Origin: an uncultured Sulfolobales archaeon
GTDB lineage: Archaea > Thermoproteota > Thermoprotei_A > Sulfolobales > NBVN01
Length of the DNA stretch: 64,000 bases
Assembly (NCBI GenBank): GCA_937949785.1
Contig: CALEDH010000008.1
Span: 5,845 to 69,844, forward strand
Direction: 5' to 3'
Of this stretch, positions 38,646 through 48,564 are shown one piece after another. The notes below the pieces were generated by a model. The model was not told where the DNA came from, did not search any database, and saw only the letters and a list, made by a program, of their open reading frames with translations. The first letter of the stretch is position 1; every line of letters begins with the position of its first letter. A program made the position numbers and the translations under genes.

Positions 38646-38978
38646 CTAAATAACAAATTACTATTAAGTGACATTTCACAGGTTCCTCCACCACTATACC
38701 TAGATATTACTTATTACTTTTACTTAATAAGTTAAGTTACTAGCAAATACGGTTTACGATTAACGAATATGACTACTTAGCACTCTCCATAACCCCACAG
38801 TTATTATAGTTAACGATGCAGCTCTATGGTTGCAGTTAACTTATCGTTGTCGGATAGTTATATTAAGCACTAACTCCGACCGCACATCAAGCACATACGA
38901 ATTATATAAGCAATCCATAAAGCTCTTAACTTCAAAACGTTATGAAGAGCTAACCATTCAGAAGTTGCTGACGAACCT

Positions 38979-39869
38979 TTAAGATCTTACGTGTTTGTAG
39001 ATGGAGGCACAGCATTCGTGGACTACTTTAAATTTAATGTTATTATCTATTAGGTAGTTTAACGTAGTTGTTGATGGAAACGCCATACCGTTAAACCCTA
39101 ATCTTACTGCAGCTATCTCGACATCAATAAATTCCTCACTCCTAGGCCTCATACATCCAAGACTTAGAGGTGTTTCGCTTAACTTCCTCCTAGCATACTC
39201 AAGTAGCTTTAAGGTGTAATGTGGTGATGGAGGGTTTGAAGGCTCTAGTGGGGTGCCTGGATACGGTGTGAATATAACGAAAACCACTGCTTTAGGCATT
39301 AAATCGTAAAGAATGTTTACTGAGTCGAACTCCTTGCTAGGCAACCCCCTATACAACCCCACGATTACATGGGGAATTACCGGTAGGTCAAATTTATTAA
39401 GTATTTTAAACGTCTCCACATAGGCTTTAGCATTATCTAAGCCTATGACTTCCTTAATAGCTCCTTCATGAACTACGAAGTCTATTAATACTGCATCGAT
39501 TTCCAACTCCTTAATTAAGTTAGCTCTAAATTCATCAACAAGACCTACATGCATAAAGACCTTCAAACCCGATCTTTTCAAATACTTAATCGCGTTGAAG
39601 TATTCTTCAAAGGGTACTCTTCCAAACCTATCACACCCCCCACTCAGTAAAATACCGGAGACTCCCTCACCCATTAACTTAGTGCCTAGGCTCACTAACT
39701 CATTAGGTGAGAGCACACCTATCATATTACTTAGTAGTGTGCCGTAGCAGTGTTTACACATTAACTCACATTTCCTACCGGTTAAGCTTATTGATGGGAA
39801 GTCCCTACCATATATCCCTAATTCAGGGACTTCATAATGGATGTTCGATGTTGCAAATATGATTAACAT
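38979..39869 (-). CDS. lipS1: Archaeal-type lipoyl synthase subunit LipS1 (radical SAM)
   Basis: SISLTG..CELMCKHC, GCMRP and C-terminal CC, as in TK2109-type proteins. Start moved from 39965 to 39869 to remove the overlap with the divergent ligase. Confidence 0.85.
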   Translation of the reverse strand: MLIIFATSNIHYEVPELGIYGRDFPSISLTGRKCELMCKHCYGTLLSNMIGVLSPNELVSLGTKLMGEGVSGILLSGGCDRFGRVPFEEYFNAIKYLKRSGLKVFMHVGLVDEFRANLIKELEIDAVLIDFVVHEGAIKEVIGLDNAKAYVETFKILNKFDLPVIPHVIVGLYRGLPSKEFDSVNILYDLMPKAVVFVIFTPYPGTPLEPSNPPSPHYTLKLLEYARRKLSETPLSLGCMRPRSEEFIDVEIAAVRLGFNGMAFPSTTTLNYLIDNNIKFKVVHECCASIYKHVRS

Positions 39870-39938
39870 CACTACAACCATAACTATAGCATAACATATC
39901 CTTATAAAGGAATTGTTACTAATATATAGGGATATATC

Positions 39939-40985
39939 ATGCGTAGTTGGAGATTTATCTTTCATAGAGCGTCAGATGACTTCCTACTAGCTACTGAGGA
40001 AGTCATAACTAAGGGTGTTGGGATTGGGAAGTCCCCCCCTACGGTACGTGTAAATATCTTCGACCCTCCATCCGTACTAGTAGGCTTCAATCAAGACGTA
40101 TATGAGGAGGTAAGAGTAGATATTGCGAAAGAACTTGGATTTAGGATTAATAGGAGGCCGAGTGGTGGTGGGGCAATAATAATGTACGAGGACACCCCTG
40201 GTTGGGAGATATGGGTTCCGAGGAGTTTTCTAGGTGATCTAGATATAAGTTCTATGTACGGGGAATTAATTCGTATCCCTATTAAAGCTTTCCACTACTT
40301 AGGAGTTACTAAGGCGAGTTTCAGACCTAAGAACGATATTGAAGTTAGCGGCCGTAAAATATCGGGTACCGGAATATACGTAGACTATGATGGAGTCTTA
40401 TTCTGCGGTACGGTATTGGTAGACCTCGATGTGGAGTTAATGCTTAAAACACTAAAATTACCTATTGAGAAGATTAGTGATAAAGCTATTAAGAGTTTTG
40501 AGGAGAGGATAACCACGATTAAACGTGAGTTAGGATATAAGCCGCATATCGATGAGGTAGTAAACGCTTTTAAGAAGGCTGTTACCGATGTTTTAAACGT
40601 TGATTTAGTTGATGGCGATTTAAATAAGTGGGAGTTAGAGGAGTTAGAGGAAGTTATTAAGAAGTATAGGAGTGATGAGTGGGTATACGAATTTAGGAGG
40701 GGTAGTGGGTACACTAAGGTTTGTACGTATAAAACGCCTGCTGGGTTAATGAGAATCCATGTTAAGGTCTTTGAGGGAGTTATAGAGGGTATTGTGATTA
40801 CAGGTGACTTCTTCACATATCCTAATTCACTAATTAGTGATGTTGAAGCCAGACTTAAGTGGGTGCCGGTACATAACGTTACAGATGTGTTGAGGGAAAT
40901 TGCTGATAAGAATGTTGACTATATGATACATGGTTTATCACTTAATGAATTAGCTGAACATATAACTAGCTGCTGTAGGGGTTAG
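39939..40985 (+). CDS. lplA: Lipoate/octanoate--protein ligase (fused catalytic and accessory domains)
   Basis: RRPSGGGAI, PKNDI..SGRKISG and C-terminal ITGDFF. Confidence 0.92.
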   Translation: MRSWRFIFHRASDDFLLATEEVITKGVGIGKSPPTVRVNIFDPPSVLVGFNQDVYEEVRVDIAKELGFRINRRPSGGGAIIMYEDTPGWEIWVPRSFLGDLDISSMYGELIRIPIKAFHYLGVTKASFRPKNDIEVSGRKISGTGIYVDYDGVLFCGTVLVDLDVELMLKTLKLPIEKISDKAIKSFEERITTIKRELGYKPHIDEVVNAFKKAVTDVLNVDLVDGDLNKWELEELEEVIKKYRSDEWVYEFRRGSGYTKVCTYKTPAGLMRIHVKVFEGVIEGIVITGDFFTYPNSLISDVEARLKWVPVHNVTDVLREIADKNVDYMIHGLSLNELAEHITSCCRG

Positions 40986-40997
40986 TGGTAACGGTAT

Positions 40998-41498
40998 ATG
41001 GATGAATTAATGAGGTATTCTACTATAGTGATAACGTCTTTAGCTCCCGGTGTTGAGGTTAGGGGGTCAATACCTCTTACTTTCATACTCTTTAATGACA
41101 GCTTTGGGAGGTTCTACGGGATCTCCATAGCTATTGCTACGAACTTATTGATAGCACCGCTCATAATGATGTTGTTAGGTAGGGTAGATATGATGGTTAG
41201 GAGTTCACGTTATGTTCCCCAAACACTGCGTAACACGTACGTTAAGATATTAGACTACGTAGGCATTAAAAGTGTTAAGATTAGGAGGTACAGCTTCACC
41301 GGGTTATTACTATTTACTGCGGTACCTCTCCCTGGAACTGGTGCGTGGACTGCATCATTAATAGCTTTCCTCGTAGGTATGGGTAGGGTTAGAGCTATTG
41401 TAGCTATAGAGATAGGTGTCTTAATAGCCTCCTTAATAGTTCTAACTACAACGTATTTAGGTTTAGAAATAGTTAAGGCGGTATTCCTCCTCCCATAA
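40998..41498 (+). CDS. COG2426 'small multidrug export' family membrane protein
   Basis: PGVEVRGSIP and AVPLPGTGAWT motifs. Confidence 0.85.
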   Translation: MDELMRYSTIVITSLAPGVEVRGSIPLTFILFNDSFGRFYGISIAIATNLLIAPLIMMLLGRVDMMVRSSRYVPQTLRNTYVKILDYVGIKSVKIRRYSFTGLLLFTAVPLPGTGAWTASLIAFLVGMGRVRAIVAIEIGVLIASLIVLTTTYLGLEIVKAVFLLP

Positions 41499-41500
41499 AC

Positions 41501-42724
41501 CTATAACTCCTTAAGTAGTCTCTCTAAGAGCTCACGGATAGGTATGTTTAACTCATCGGCTATTAACTTTAAATCGTCAAATTCAGGCTTAACTCTAATT
41601 ACGTTGCCCTCCACATCCCTGCAGACCTTAACCCTCACATTAAACTCCTTACCCATACCTACTTTCAACTCCTTAAACTCCCTAACCGGTACTACGTACC
41701 TACCAGTCTTAGAAATTCTTATGCCTAACGTCCCTAACTCCTTAAACATAGATGTTAAGATGTCTTGAACATGTGTTTCATCGCTTATAATCCTAACTAT
41801 GTAGCCCGGCCTACACTTCTTAGTTGTTACCGGTATTACAGATACGTCTAAAGCCCCTAATGACATGAACTTCTCTATCGAATATCCTAACACCTCACCT
41901 GTGACGTCATCGACATTGCTTTCAAGCACGTATACTTCCTCATATCTAAAACTGCTCAGCGCTATGTCTGAACTACCTAGGACAGCCCTAACAACGTTCG
42001 GTACTTCCCTAAATTCCTTGGCGCCAGAACCGTATCCTACGCTAATAACCTTCATCAACGGCATGTACTTAATAGGTTTGAAGAATGTAGTAAGTAATGC
42101 AGCGCCGGTAGGAGTTGTTAGCTCGTCATCAATAGGGCCTCCGACAACGTAGTACTCTTTAGCCCTCAACAACTCTAATGTTATATATGCTGGGCTCGGG
42201 ATTACACCATGCGCTGATTTAATTAAACCTCCACCCACAGCTACTGGGAGTGAGTACCTCATAGCTTCTATCAACTTTAACTCGTCGAGTAGTATGGTAG
42301 TAGTTAAGATATCGAAAAGAGTGTCAACAGAACCTACTTCATGAAGGTGTACATCGTAAGGTGTTGAGTTATGGATTAATGCCTCAAAGCTTAATATACT
42401 CATTAATGCGTCTCTAGCTTTATCCATTAGCATCTGCTCTAAACCTAAGTTATTGGCTGAGGTCTCAAACCACTTAAGTAATTCACTACCAGTGACGTAG
42501 CTTCTAACCTCATCTAAGTATATCTTTAACCTCTTAGCTCTAATACTACCCGTAAGGTAATCCTCAACAACTACATCAAATCTCCTAACATGCGGTAATT
42601 TACGGATAACATCTACAACGTTATCCAATATTTTAACACTTCCGCCTAAGTCAATTAACGAAGCTACTAACATGTCACCAGAGACTCCTGCTAGGGTAGG
42701 GTCTAAGACAAGTACCTTACCCAC
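41501..42724 (-). CDS. larC: Nickel-pincer cofactor nickel insertase LarC
   Basis: AGVSGDM, HLHEVGSVD, ELTTPTGAA, ESNVDD, KK.RPG, TLGIR and KPEFDD motifs. Confidence 0.93.
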   Translation of the reverse strand: MGKVLVLDPTLAGVSGDMLVASLIDLGGSVKILDNVVDVIRKLPHVRRFDVVVEDYLTGSIRAKRLKIYLDEVRSYVTGSELLKWFETSANNLGLEQMLMDKARDALMSILSFEALIHNSTPYDVHLHEVGSVDTLFDILTTTILLDELKLIEAMRYSLPVAVGGGLIKSAHGVIPSPAYITLELLRAKEYYVVGGPIDDELTTPTGAALLTTFFKPIKYMPLMKVISVGYGSGAKEFREVPNVVRAVLGSSDIALSSFRYEEVYVLESNVDDVTGEVLGYSIEKFMSLGALDVSVIPVTTKKCRPGYIVRIISDETHVQDILTSMFKELGTLGIRISKTGRYVVPVREFKELKVGMGKEFNVRVKVCRDVEGNVIRVKPEFDDLKLIADELNIPIRELLERLLKEL

Positions 42725-43508
42725 ACCTATCCCTCAAAGCACTGATACGCCTACATATAAGCGTTGCGAGGAGTGCTGCACCAATACCGTTATCAATGTT
42801 CGTTACAGCAATACCTAAGGAACATGATTGAAGCATTGACATAAGTGCTGAAATACCTGACCCGCCGAAGCCGTATGAATGTGATGTTGGGACAGCAATT
42901 ACCGGTACGTCTAACATAGATGAGATTACTGATGGTAATGCCCCCTCCCTACCAGCTATCACTACAGCGATATCAGCATCGAATTCCTTAATATCTTTAA
43001 CAGCTCTAACAACTCTTTGAAGTCCTGCGACACCGACATCGTATAAGGTCTTAACATCACAACCTAATTCCTCAAGAACGGCTATGACTTCCTCAGCTAC
43101 TGGTATGTCAGCAGTTCCTGCAGTAACTACTGAAACCCTACATCTCACCCTCTCCTCACCGAGGTTCTTAACCCTTACTATTAATAACCTACCGCTTCTG
43201 TAGGTCTTAACCATAAAATCATGGCTTAACTCGCTAACTAAGGGATCTAAGTACTCATGTGGTACCCTAGAAATTAAAACCCTTCCAAGCCTAGGCGTTA
43301 ATGTTCTAGCTATTTGCAGTAGGGTTTTTAAGTCCTTACCTTCACCGTAAACAACCTCCGGAATACCCCTACGTAACTCTCTCCCACTATTGAAAACTAC
43401 CTCACCGCCTAACTCATCAATAGCTAATAACCTTATCATGTTTTCAGCTTCATCTAAGCCTAACTCACCGCTTAGTAAACGCTTAAGAATAGACCTTATA
43501 TCAACCAT
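42717..43508 (-). CDS. larB: Nickel-pincer cofactor carboxylase/hydrolase LarB
   Basis: R.GIPEVVYGEGK, AGTADIPVAEE, DVGVAG, AG.EGALPS, PTS.SYG and NIDNG motifs. Start moved to ATG 43508. Confidence 0.93.
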   Translation of the reverse strand: MVDIRSILKRLLSGELGLDEAENMIRLLAIDELGGEVVFNSGRELRRGIPEVVYGEGKDLKTLLQIARTLTPRLGRVLISRVPHEYLDPLVSELSHDFMVKTYRSGRLLIVRVKNLGEERVRCRVSVVTAGTADIPVAEEVIAVLEELGCDVKTLYDVGVAGLQRVVRAVKDIKEFDADIAVVIAGREGALPSVISSMLDVPVIAVPTSHSYGFGGSGISALMSMLQSCSLGIAVTNIDNGIGAALLATLICRRISALRDRCG

Positions 43509-43784
43509 TACTACCCTCCAACCACATTCTATTTCCAACTTAAAACTGTTTGTAGAAGTATTTCAGCATGTGTATACATGTTTAAGACCGTGTGGATCTT
43601 ATATGTCTGCCTACCTAAACTTTAAGACCTCATAGATAACTTTCTGGTTAGTCAGTAGTAATAAAGGATTTTCTAGAGCTTTTAGGAAGGTAGGAGTACT
43701 TTTGCGGAGTACTAATTAAACCTCACATACGTCTTAACATCGTTTAATAATTGCGGTTAGATTATCTGTATCGGTGTTTACTTA

Positions 43785-44273
43785 GTGGTATTTAACTTAA
43801 TACCTATAGGTGTTGTCCACGTACCGTTTGACGATGAAGTTGTTAGAAATTCGTTTGACGGTGTGAGTGGGAGTATAGAGGTTTTTCAAGAATTTGCAGA
43901 CGGCCTCGTAGGGATTGACGGTTTTTCCCATATCATCGTAGTTGCTTACCTCCATAAGACGTTGGAAGATCATAGGAAGACGCTTATAGTAAGGCCTAGG
44001 AGGTTAGTTAAATTTGGTTTAAGACTTGAGGACATCCCTGAAGTAGGTGTTTTCTGTACGGACTCACCGCACAGACCTAACCCAATAGGTATAACTATAG
44101 TGAGACTCCTTAAACGTGAGGGTAGGTTCCTACATGTTAATGGTTTAGACCTCTTCAATAAAACACCGGTTATAGATTTAAGGCCGTACACGCCTGATAG
44201 AGTTGTAAGCGAACTTAAACTACCTACGTGGTATTTAAGACTCGTTGAAATGGTGGGGGTAAGAGGTGTTTAG
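43785..44273 (+). CDS. trmO: TrmO/TsaA-like tRNA (t6A37)-N6-methyltransferase
   Basis: PIG, GIDGFSH, GVF..DSPHRPNPIG and GLD....TPVID.RPY motifs. Confidence 0.88.
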   Translation: MVFNLIPIGVVHVPFDDEVVRNSFDGVSGSIEVFQEFADGLVGIDGFSHIIVVAYLHKTLEDHRKTLIVRPRRLVKFGLRLEDIPEVGVFCTDSPHRPNPIGITIVRLLKREGRFLHVNGLDLFNKTPVIDLRPYTPDRVVSELKLPTWYLRLVEMVGVRGV

Positions 44274-44295
44274 AGTTATCTAAAAAGGATTTCCT

Positions 44296-45564
44296 TTAAG
44301 GTTTATGGAGGAGTTCTAACTTATAGCCTGTCAATCTACTTATTAATATTGCCGACGCGTTATCTCCGGAAACGTTGATGGCCGTCCTCATAGCGTCTGT
44401 TATGGGGTCTATCACTAACATTATTCCAATACCTTCTAAGGGTAGGCCGATAACCGATAGAACATATGCTAACATTATCGTACCACCGCCGGGGATGGCA
44501 GCCGTAGCTACCGAACCTATCATAGCAGCTATGATCAGTAAGGATATGTGGTACGGTGTTAGTGTAAGCCCGAAGAGTTGCGCTATGAACACCGCGCTTA
44601 ATGCCTGATATAAAGCCGTTCCATCCATATTTACCGTAGCACCTAGTGGTAGCGTTAAGCCGTAAACTTCTCTAGGCACACCTAAGCTCCTCGCAGCCTC
44701 CATATTATACGGTAGCGTCACGGCTGAGGACCTAGTCGTAAACGCTATTAGGAAGGGAGTTGACTGCGCTCTAAAGTATTTAAGCGGGTTTAACCCTCCA
44801 AGCACTACGAGGATGGAGTATACCACTACTAGGTGGAAGATTGAGAGGCTGTACTGCGACATTAGAAATCGGGCGTAAGCACCTAACATCGCCGGGCCGT
44901 AGCTGATCATAAGCCATGCCGCATATGAGAACACAGCAATAGGTGCGTAGTACATAACTACCCTAACAAATGATATGGTAGTCTTAGATGCTAAGGAAAG
45001 ATAATATGCTACTCTCCTACCCTCCTCACCAAGTAAAACCGTAGCAACACCTAAAATTATTGCGAATATTATCATCGTCATAGAACCGCCGACAGCCAGT
45101 AGGCTGTTAAAGTCCGTCTGGAAGAATGATAGCAGTACATCAACACCTGACGGCGGTGAGGGCGGTTTATAGTCCTTCGGCACATCTAAGGTAACCATAG
45201 CACCCGGCGTAAACACTTGCCCAGCTAAAACACCCAGTGAAGCGGCTAATGCCGACGTACCTAGGTAGACCACCAACATCACAACTAATATAGTACCTAA
45301 CCTCCTACCACTGGCTATTGATGAGGTAGCTGCAGCAATAGTGAAGAATATTAGAAGCGGTATGATAATCCTAATCAACCTTACGAAGATATCGCCGAAA
45401 GCCTTAAACCAGCTAGCAAATAATGTTTTAGTTGGTACTGGAGTCATACTGATAACATATCCTACAGCTATACCTAATATAAACCCAAGCGCTATCGCTA
45501 TTAGAAGTATTCTAGCCCCTTTCATGCCTACTTCAAGTCTTTCTGAAGCACCCATATACAACAC
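44296..45564 (-). CDS. Dicarboxylate/amino acid:cation symporter (GltPh-like aspartate/glutamate transporter)
   Basis: HP1 TTRSS, TM7 NMDGT and TM8 DAMRTAIN with the conserved Arg. Confidence 0.93.
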   Translation of the reverse strand: MLYMGASERLEVGMKGARILLIAIALGFILGIAVGYVISMTPVPTKTLFASWFKAFGDIFVRLIRIIIPLLIFFTIAAATSSIASGRRLGTILVVMLVVYLGTSALAASLGVLAGQVFTPGAMVTLDVPKDYKPPSPPSGVDVLLSFFQTDFNSLLAVGGSMTMIIFAIILGVATVLLGEEGRRVAYYLSLASKTTISFVRVVMYYAPIAVFSYAAWLMISYGPAMLGAYARFLMSQYSLSIFHLVVVYSILVVLGGLNPLKYFRAQSTPFLIAFTTRSSAVTLPYNMEAARSLGVPREVYGLTLPLGATVNMDGTALYQALSAVFIAQLFGLTLTPYHISLLIIAAMIGSVATAAIPGGGTIMLAYVLSVIGLPLEGIGIMLVIDPITDAMRTAINVSGDNASAILISRLTGYKLELLHKP

Positions 45565-45742
45565 ACCACCGAAAGAACACCACCTAACTACTTAATATAC
45601 ATTACTGTGAGGTCTTTTCACGGTATTACCTTACAACTCTATAACTCTCTCAACTAAGTTTTGATGATGTTAGTTAAGTTATCTAGGTCATTTTCATTAA
45701 TATTTTTAAGTTGACTGATATATATGGATTGGGTATCCATAT

Positions 45743-46756
45743 ATGAGGTTAACCTACCTATCAGGACTGCTAATCTTCTTATTGGTGGGCTTAGCTGTAG
45801 GTTATTACACAGCTCTGATAACATCGGTAACACCTAGTTATGAGTCCTTAGAGAGCGTCGTGGTAGTTGATTCTTTAGGTAGATATGTTAGGGTAGGTAA
45901 TTATAGTAGGGTCATCTCTCTAGCTCCCAGCATAACCGAGATAGTATTTGCTTTAGGTCTTGAGGACTACTTAGTAGGTGTTGATGACTTCAGTAATTAC
46001 CCAGGTAAGCTCTTAGATATGATTAGTAGTGGTAAGATTAGGTATGTTGGAGGTTGGTGGTTACCTGATGTCGAGAGGGTGATTGCGTTAAGACCTTCAT
46101 TAGTACTTGCTGATAGCGGTGTTTACAGGCAGGTAGTATTGGAAAGTAAGTTTAAGGAGTTAGGTATTAACACATTATATCTTAGAGGTTCTAGTTGTAG
46201 GGATGTATTTGATATTATAAGCGATATAAAGCTTGTGGGGATGGTGTTCAACGTAAGTAGTAAGGCTGATGAACTAACATCTTCTATTATAGGTAAGGTC
46301 AGCAATATCAGTAATAGCTTATTATCAATGCCTACTGGCAGGCCTAAAGTCTTATTCCTAGCTGGACTTCCTTCGGAGGGCTTATACAGTGCTGGGGGGA
46401 ACACCTACATTGGATACGTTATTGAGGTATCCGGAGGTATTAACATAGTTAGGGAGTTCTCAGGCTGGCCTCTACTAAGTTATGAGAAGATATTGAGTGA
46501 GAACCCTGATGTGTTGTTAATAGCGACTGTAGGTGGTGATGTCGAGAAGGTGAGAGAGGAACTGTCTAAGACGCCTTTAGCAGATACTAACGCCTTCAAG
46601 AATGGTAGGGTGTACCTACTAGTTGGTGAGGCTGGTGACGTGCTGGTCAGACCTGGTCCTAGGGTATACATGGCAGTTGACATAATATCTAAGATATTAC
46701 ACCCAGATGTTTTCGGGACTGCCAACATGTCTGGGGTGTATAAGGTGCTTAGTTAA
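45743..46756 (+). CDS. Cobalamin/iron-chelate ABC substrate-binding protein (BtuF-like)
   Basis: RVISLAPSITE, LVGVD and RPGPR motifs. Confidence 0.88.
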   Translation: MRLTYLSGLLIFLLVGLAVGYYTALITSVTPSYESLESVVVVDSLGRYVRVGNYSRVISLAPSITEIVFALGLEDYLVGVDDFSNYPGKLLDMISSGKIRYVGGWWLPDVERVIALRPSLVLADSGVYRQVVLESKFKELGINTLYLRGSSCRDVFDIISDIKLVGMVFNVSSKADELTSSIIGKVSNISNSLLSMPTGRPKVLFLAGLPSEGLYSAGGNTYIGYVIEVSGGINIVREFSGWPLLSYEKILSENPDVLLIATVGGDVEKVREELSKTPLADTNAFKNGRVYLLVGEAGDVLVRPGPRVYMAVDIISKILHPDVFGTANMSGVYKVLS

Positions 46757-47778
46757 TGGCTCTGCAGACTTATAGGAATTTAATGAGGAGGTTTACCCTG
46801 TCAATGTTTTTCCTAACCACTTCCCTAACCTTACTATCCATCCTCTCTATATCTGTTGGTGTCGTATCTGTAGGGTTTAAAGATGTTGTGGACCATCTGC
46901 TAGGCATCAGCAGTCACACATTCTTAAAAGGCATTATAGATCTGAGGGTTATTAGGACATCAGCTTCAGTGCTGGCAGGTGCATCATTAGGTGTTGCCGG
47001 AGTTCTGATTCAAGGAATCACTAGAAATCCTTTAGCTGAGCCTTACATCTTAGGGATTTCCTCAACAGCACTGTCGGTTGTGTCATTAGCTTTAATATTA
47101 AATCCATCGCTGATCAATTCAAGAACTGAGGTGATGTTGTACTCATTTCTCGGCGCCCTCCTCGGATTCTTGTTTACCCTAATGTTAAGTAGGTTGGGGA
47201 GTAGTGGGTTATCATTAGTATTAGCTGGGATTGCTGTGACCTCAATATCCTCCGGTATTTCACATATACTTCTATACTTAGTTCAGTCAGTGCTTAGAAT
47301 ACCGTATGTATACTTGCTTATGGGTTCAACAACATCCGTGCTTAAAGCCGACATACCTACACTAACACTCACTTCAATTATCGGTATTTCAGCCTCGCTA
47401 CTGATCGTCAAATCTTTAAACGCTTACATCTACGGCGACGAATATAGTAGGCAGTTAGGGTTTAATCCTAGGCTAACCATACTTACAGCAGCTACAATTA
47501 CCAGCATATTAACAGGTATGTCAGTCGCCGTCGTAGGTATTATCGGGTTTGTCGGTTTAGCATCACCTCATATCTGTAGGTACTTAGTCGGAAATGACCA
47601 CAGATTCTTACTGCCGGCATCAGCTCTAGTAGGGGCTATCTTAGTAGTACTCTCAGACATCATAGTTAGGGCTATCTCATCGGTCAGCGGCCTAGGTGAG
47701 CTACCGCTAGGAGTGGTGACTGGGATTATAGGAGCTCCGTTCCTTGCGTACCTAGTCTTAAAGAGGGTGAGGGAGTGA
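46756..47778 (+). CDS. FecCD/BtuC family ABC permease
   Basis: QGITRNPLAEPYILG, GIIGFVGL..PH and ELPLG motifs. Confidence 0.92.
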   Translation: MALQTYRNLMRRFTLSMFFLTTSLTLLSILSISVGVVSVGFKDVVDHLLGISSHTFLKGIIDLRVIRTSASVLAGASLGVAGVLIQGITRNPLAEPYILGISSTALSVVSLALILNPSLINSRTEVMLYSFLGALLGFLFTLMLSRLGSSGLSLVLAGIAVTSISSGISHILLYLVQSVLRIPYVYLLMGSTTSVLKADIPTLTLTSIIGISASLLIVKSLNAYIYGDEYSRQLGFNPRLTILTAATITSILTGMSVAVVGIIGFVGLASPHICRYLVGNDHRFLLPASALVGAILVVLSDIIVRAISSVSGLGELPLGVVTGIIGAPFLAYLVLKRVRE

Positions 47779-48554
47779 GGTTAGCTGTTAAGAACCTAGT
47801 CGTTGAGTATAACTCAACTAAGGTACTTGATGAGGTGACCTTCGAGGTCTTAGATGGGGAGTTAACCTTTGTTTTAGGGCCTAACGGGGCTGGTAAGACA
47901 ACGCTACTTAAAGCTATTTCACGTTTAGTTAACGTAGTAGGAGGTTCTGTATATATAGATGGTAAGGACTTAAGGAACTACAGTCCTAGGGAGGTAGGTA
48001 AGGCCTTCGCATATGCTGGACCGCAGGTATATAGGGTATTACCATCAACGGTTTTCGAGTTCTTACTGATTAGTAGGTACCCCCATCAAAATCGTTTACA
48101 ATACGTTGAGTCGTTAGACGATATCAAGGTATTAGATGAAGTGGTTAACGAGTTAAACATAGGGGGACTACTTAGTAGGAAGTTAGAGGACTTAAGTAGT
48201 GGTGAGTTGCAGCGAGTCTTAATTGCAAGGGCATTAATTCAGAAACCTACTATATTACTATTAGATGAGCCAGCAGCGTTCTTAGACATAAAGTATAGGA
48301 TTGAAGTACTTGATATGATTAAGAACTTGACAAAGAATAGGAGGCTGATAACATTAGTAGCTAATCACGACTTACATCTAACCTCACTCTACGCTGATAG
48401 GGTCATATTGTTAGATAGTGGTAGGGTAGTAGCTGTGGGAGGGCCTGAGGTACTTACTAAGGAATTAGTAGAAAAGATATTTAAGGTTAGGGTTGAAGTA
48501 CTTAAAAACTGCTATGGTAGGAACTTAATACTCCCAATTAGAGCCTTAGATTAA
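47775..48554 (+). CDS. FecE/BtuD family ABC ATPase
   Basis: GPNGAGKTT, LSSGELQR, LLDEP and HDL motifs. Confidence 0.92.
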   Translation: MRLAVKNLVVEYNSTKVLDEVTFEVLDGELTFVLGPNGAGKTTLLKAISRLVNVVGGSVYIDGKDLRNYSPREVGKAFAYAGPQVYRVLPSTVFEFLLISRYPHQNRLQYVESLDDIKVLDEVVNELNIGGLLSRKLEDLSSGELQRVLIARALIQKPTILLLDEPAAFLDIKYRIEVLDMIKNLTKNRRLITLVANHDLHLTSLYADRVILLDSGRVVAVGGPEVLTKELVEKIFKVRVEVLKNCYGRNLILPIRALD

Positions 48555-48564
48555 CTTAAGAGTT

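Noticed and set aside
39870-39965. Apparent hydrophobic N-terminal anchor on LipS1
   Set aside because: It comes from over-extending the ORF through the divergent spacer into the ligase gene.
41501-42724. Programmed frameshift or His-rich tract in larC
   Set aside because: The ORF is continuous, and lack of the His-rich insert occurs in other LarC homologues.
45565-45742. Cobalamin riboswitch or metal-regulator box upstream of the Btu/Fec-type ABC operon
   Set aside because: AT-rich spacer with no B12-box and no convincing palindrome.
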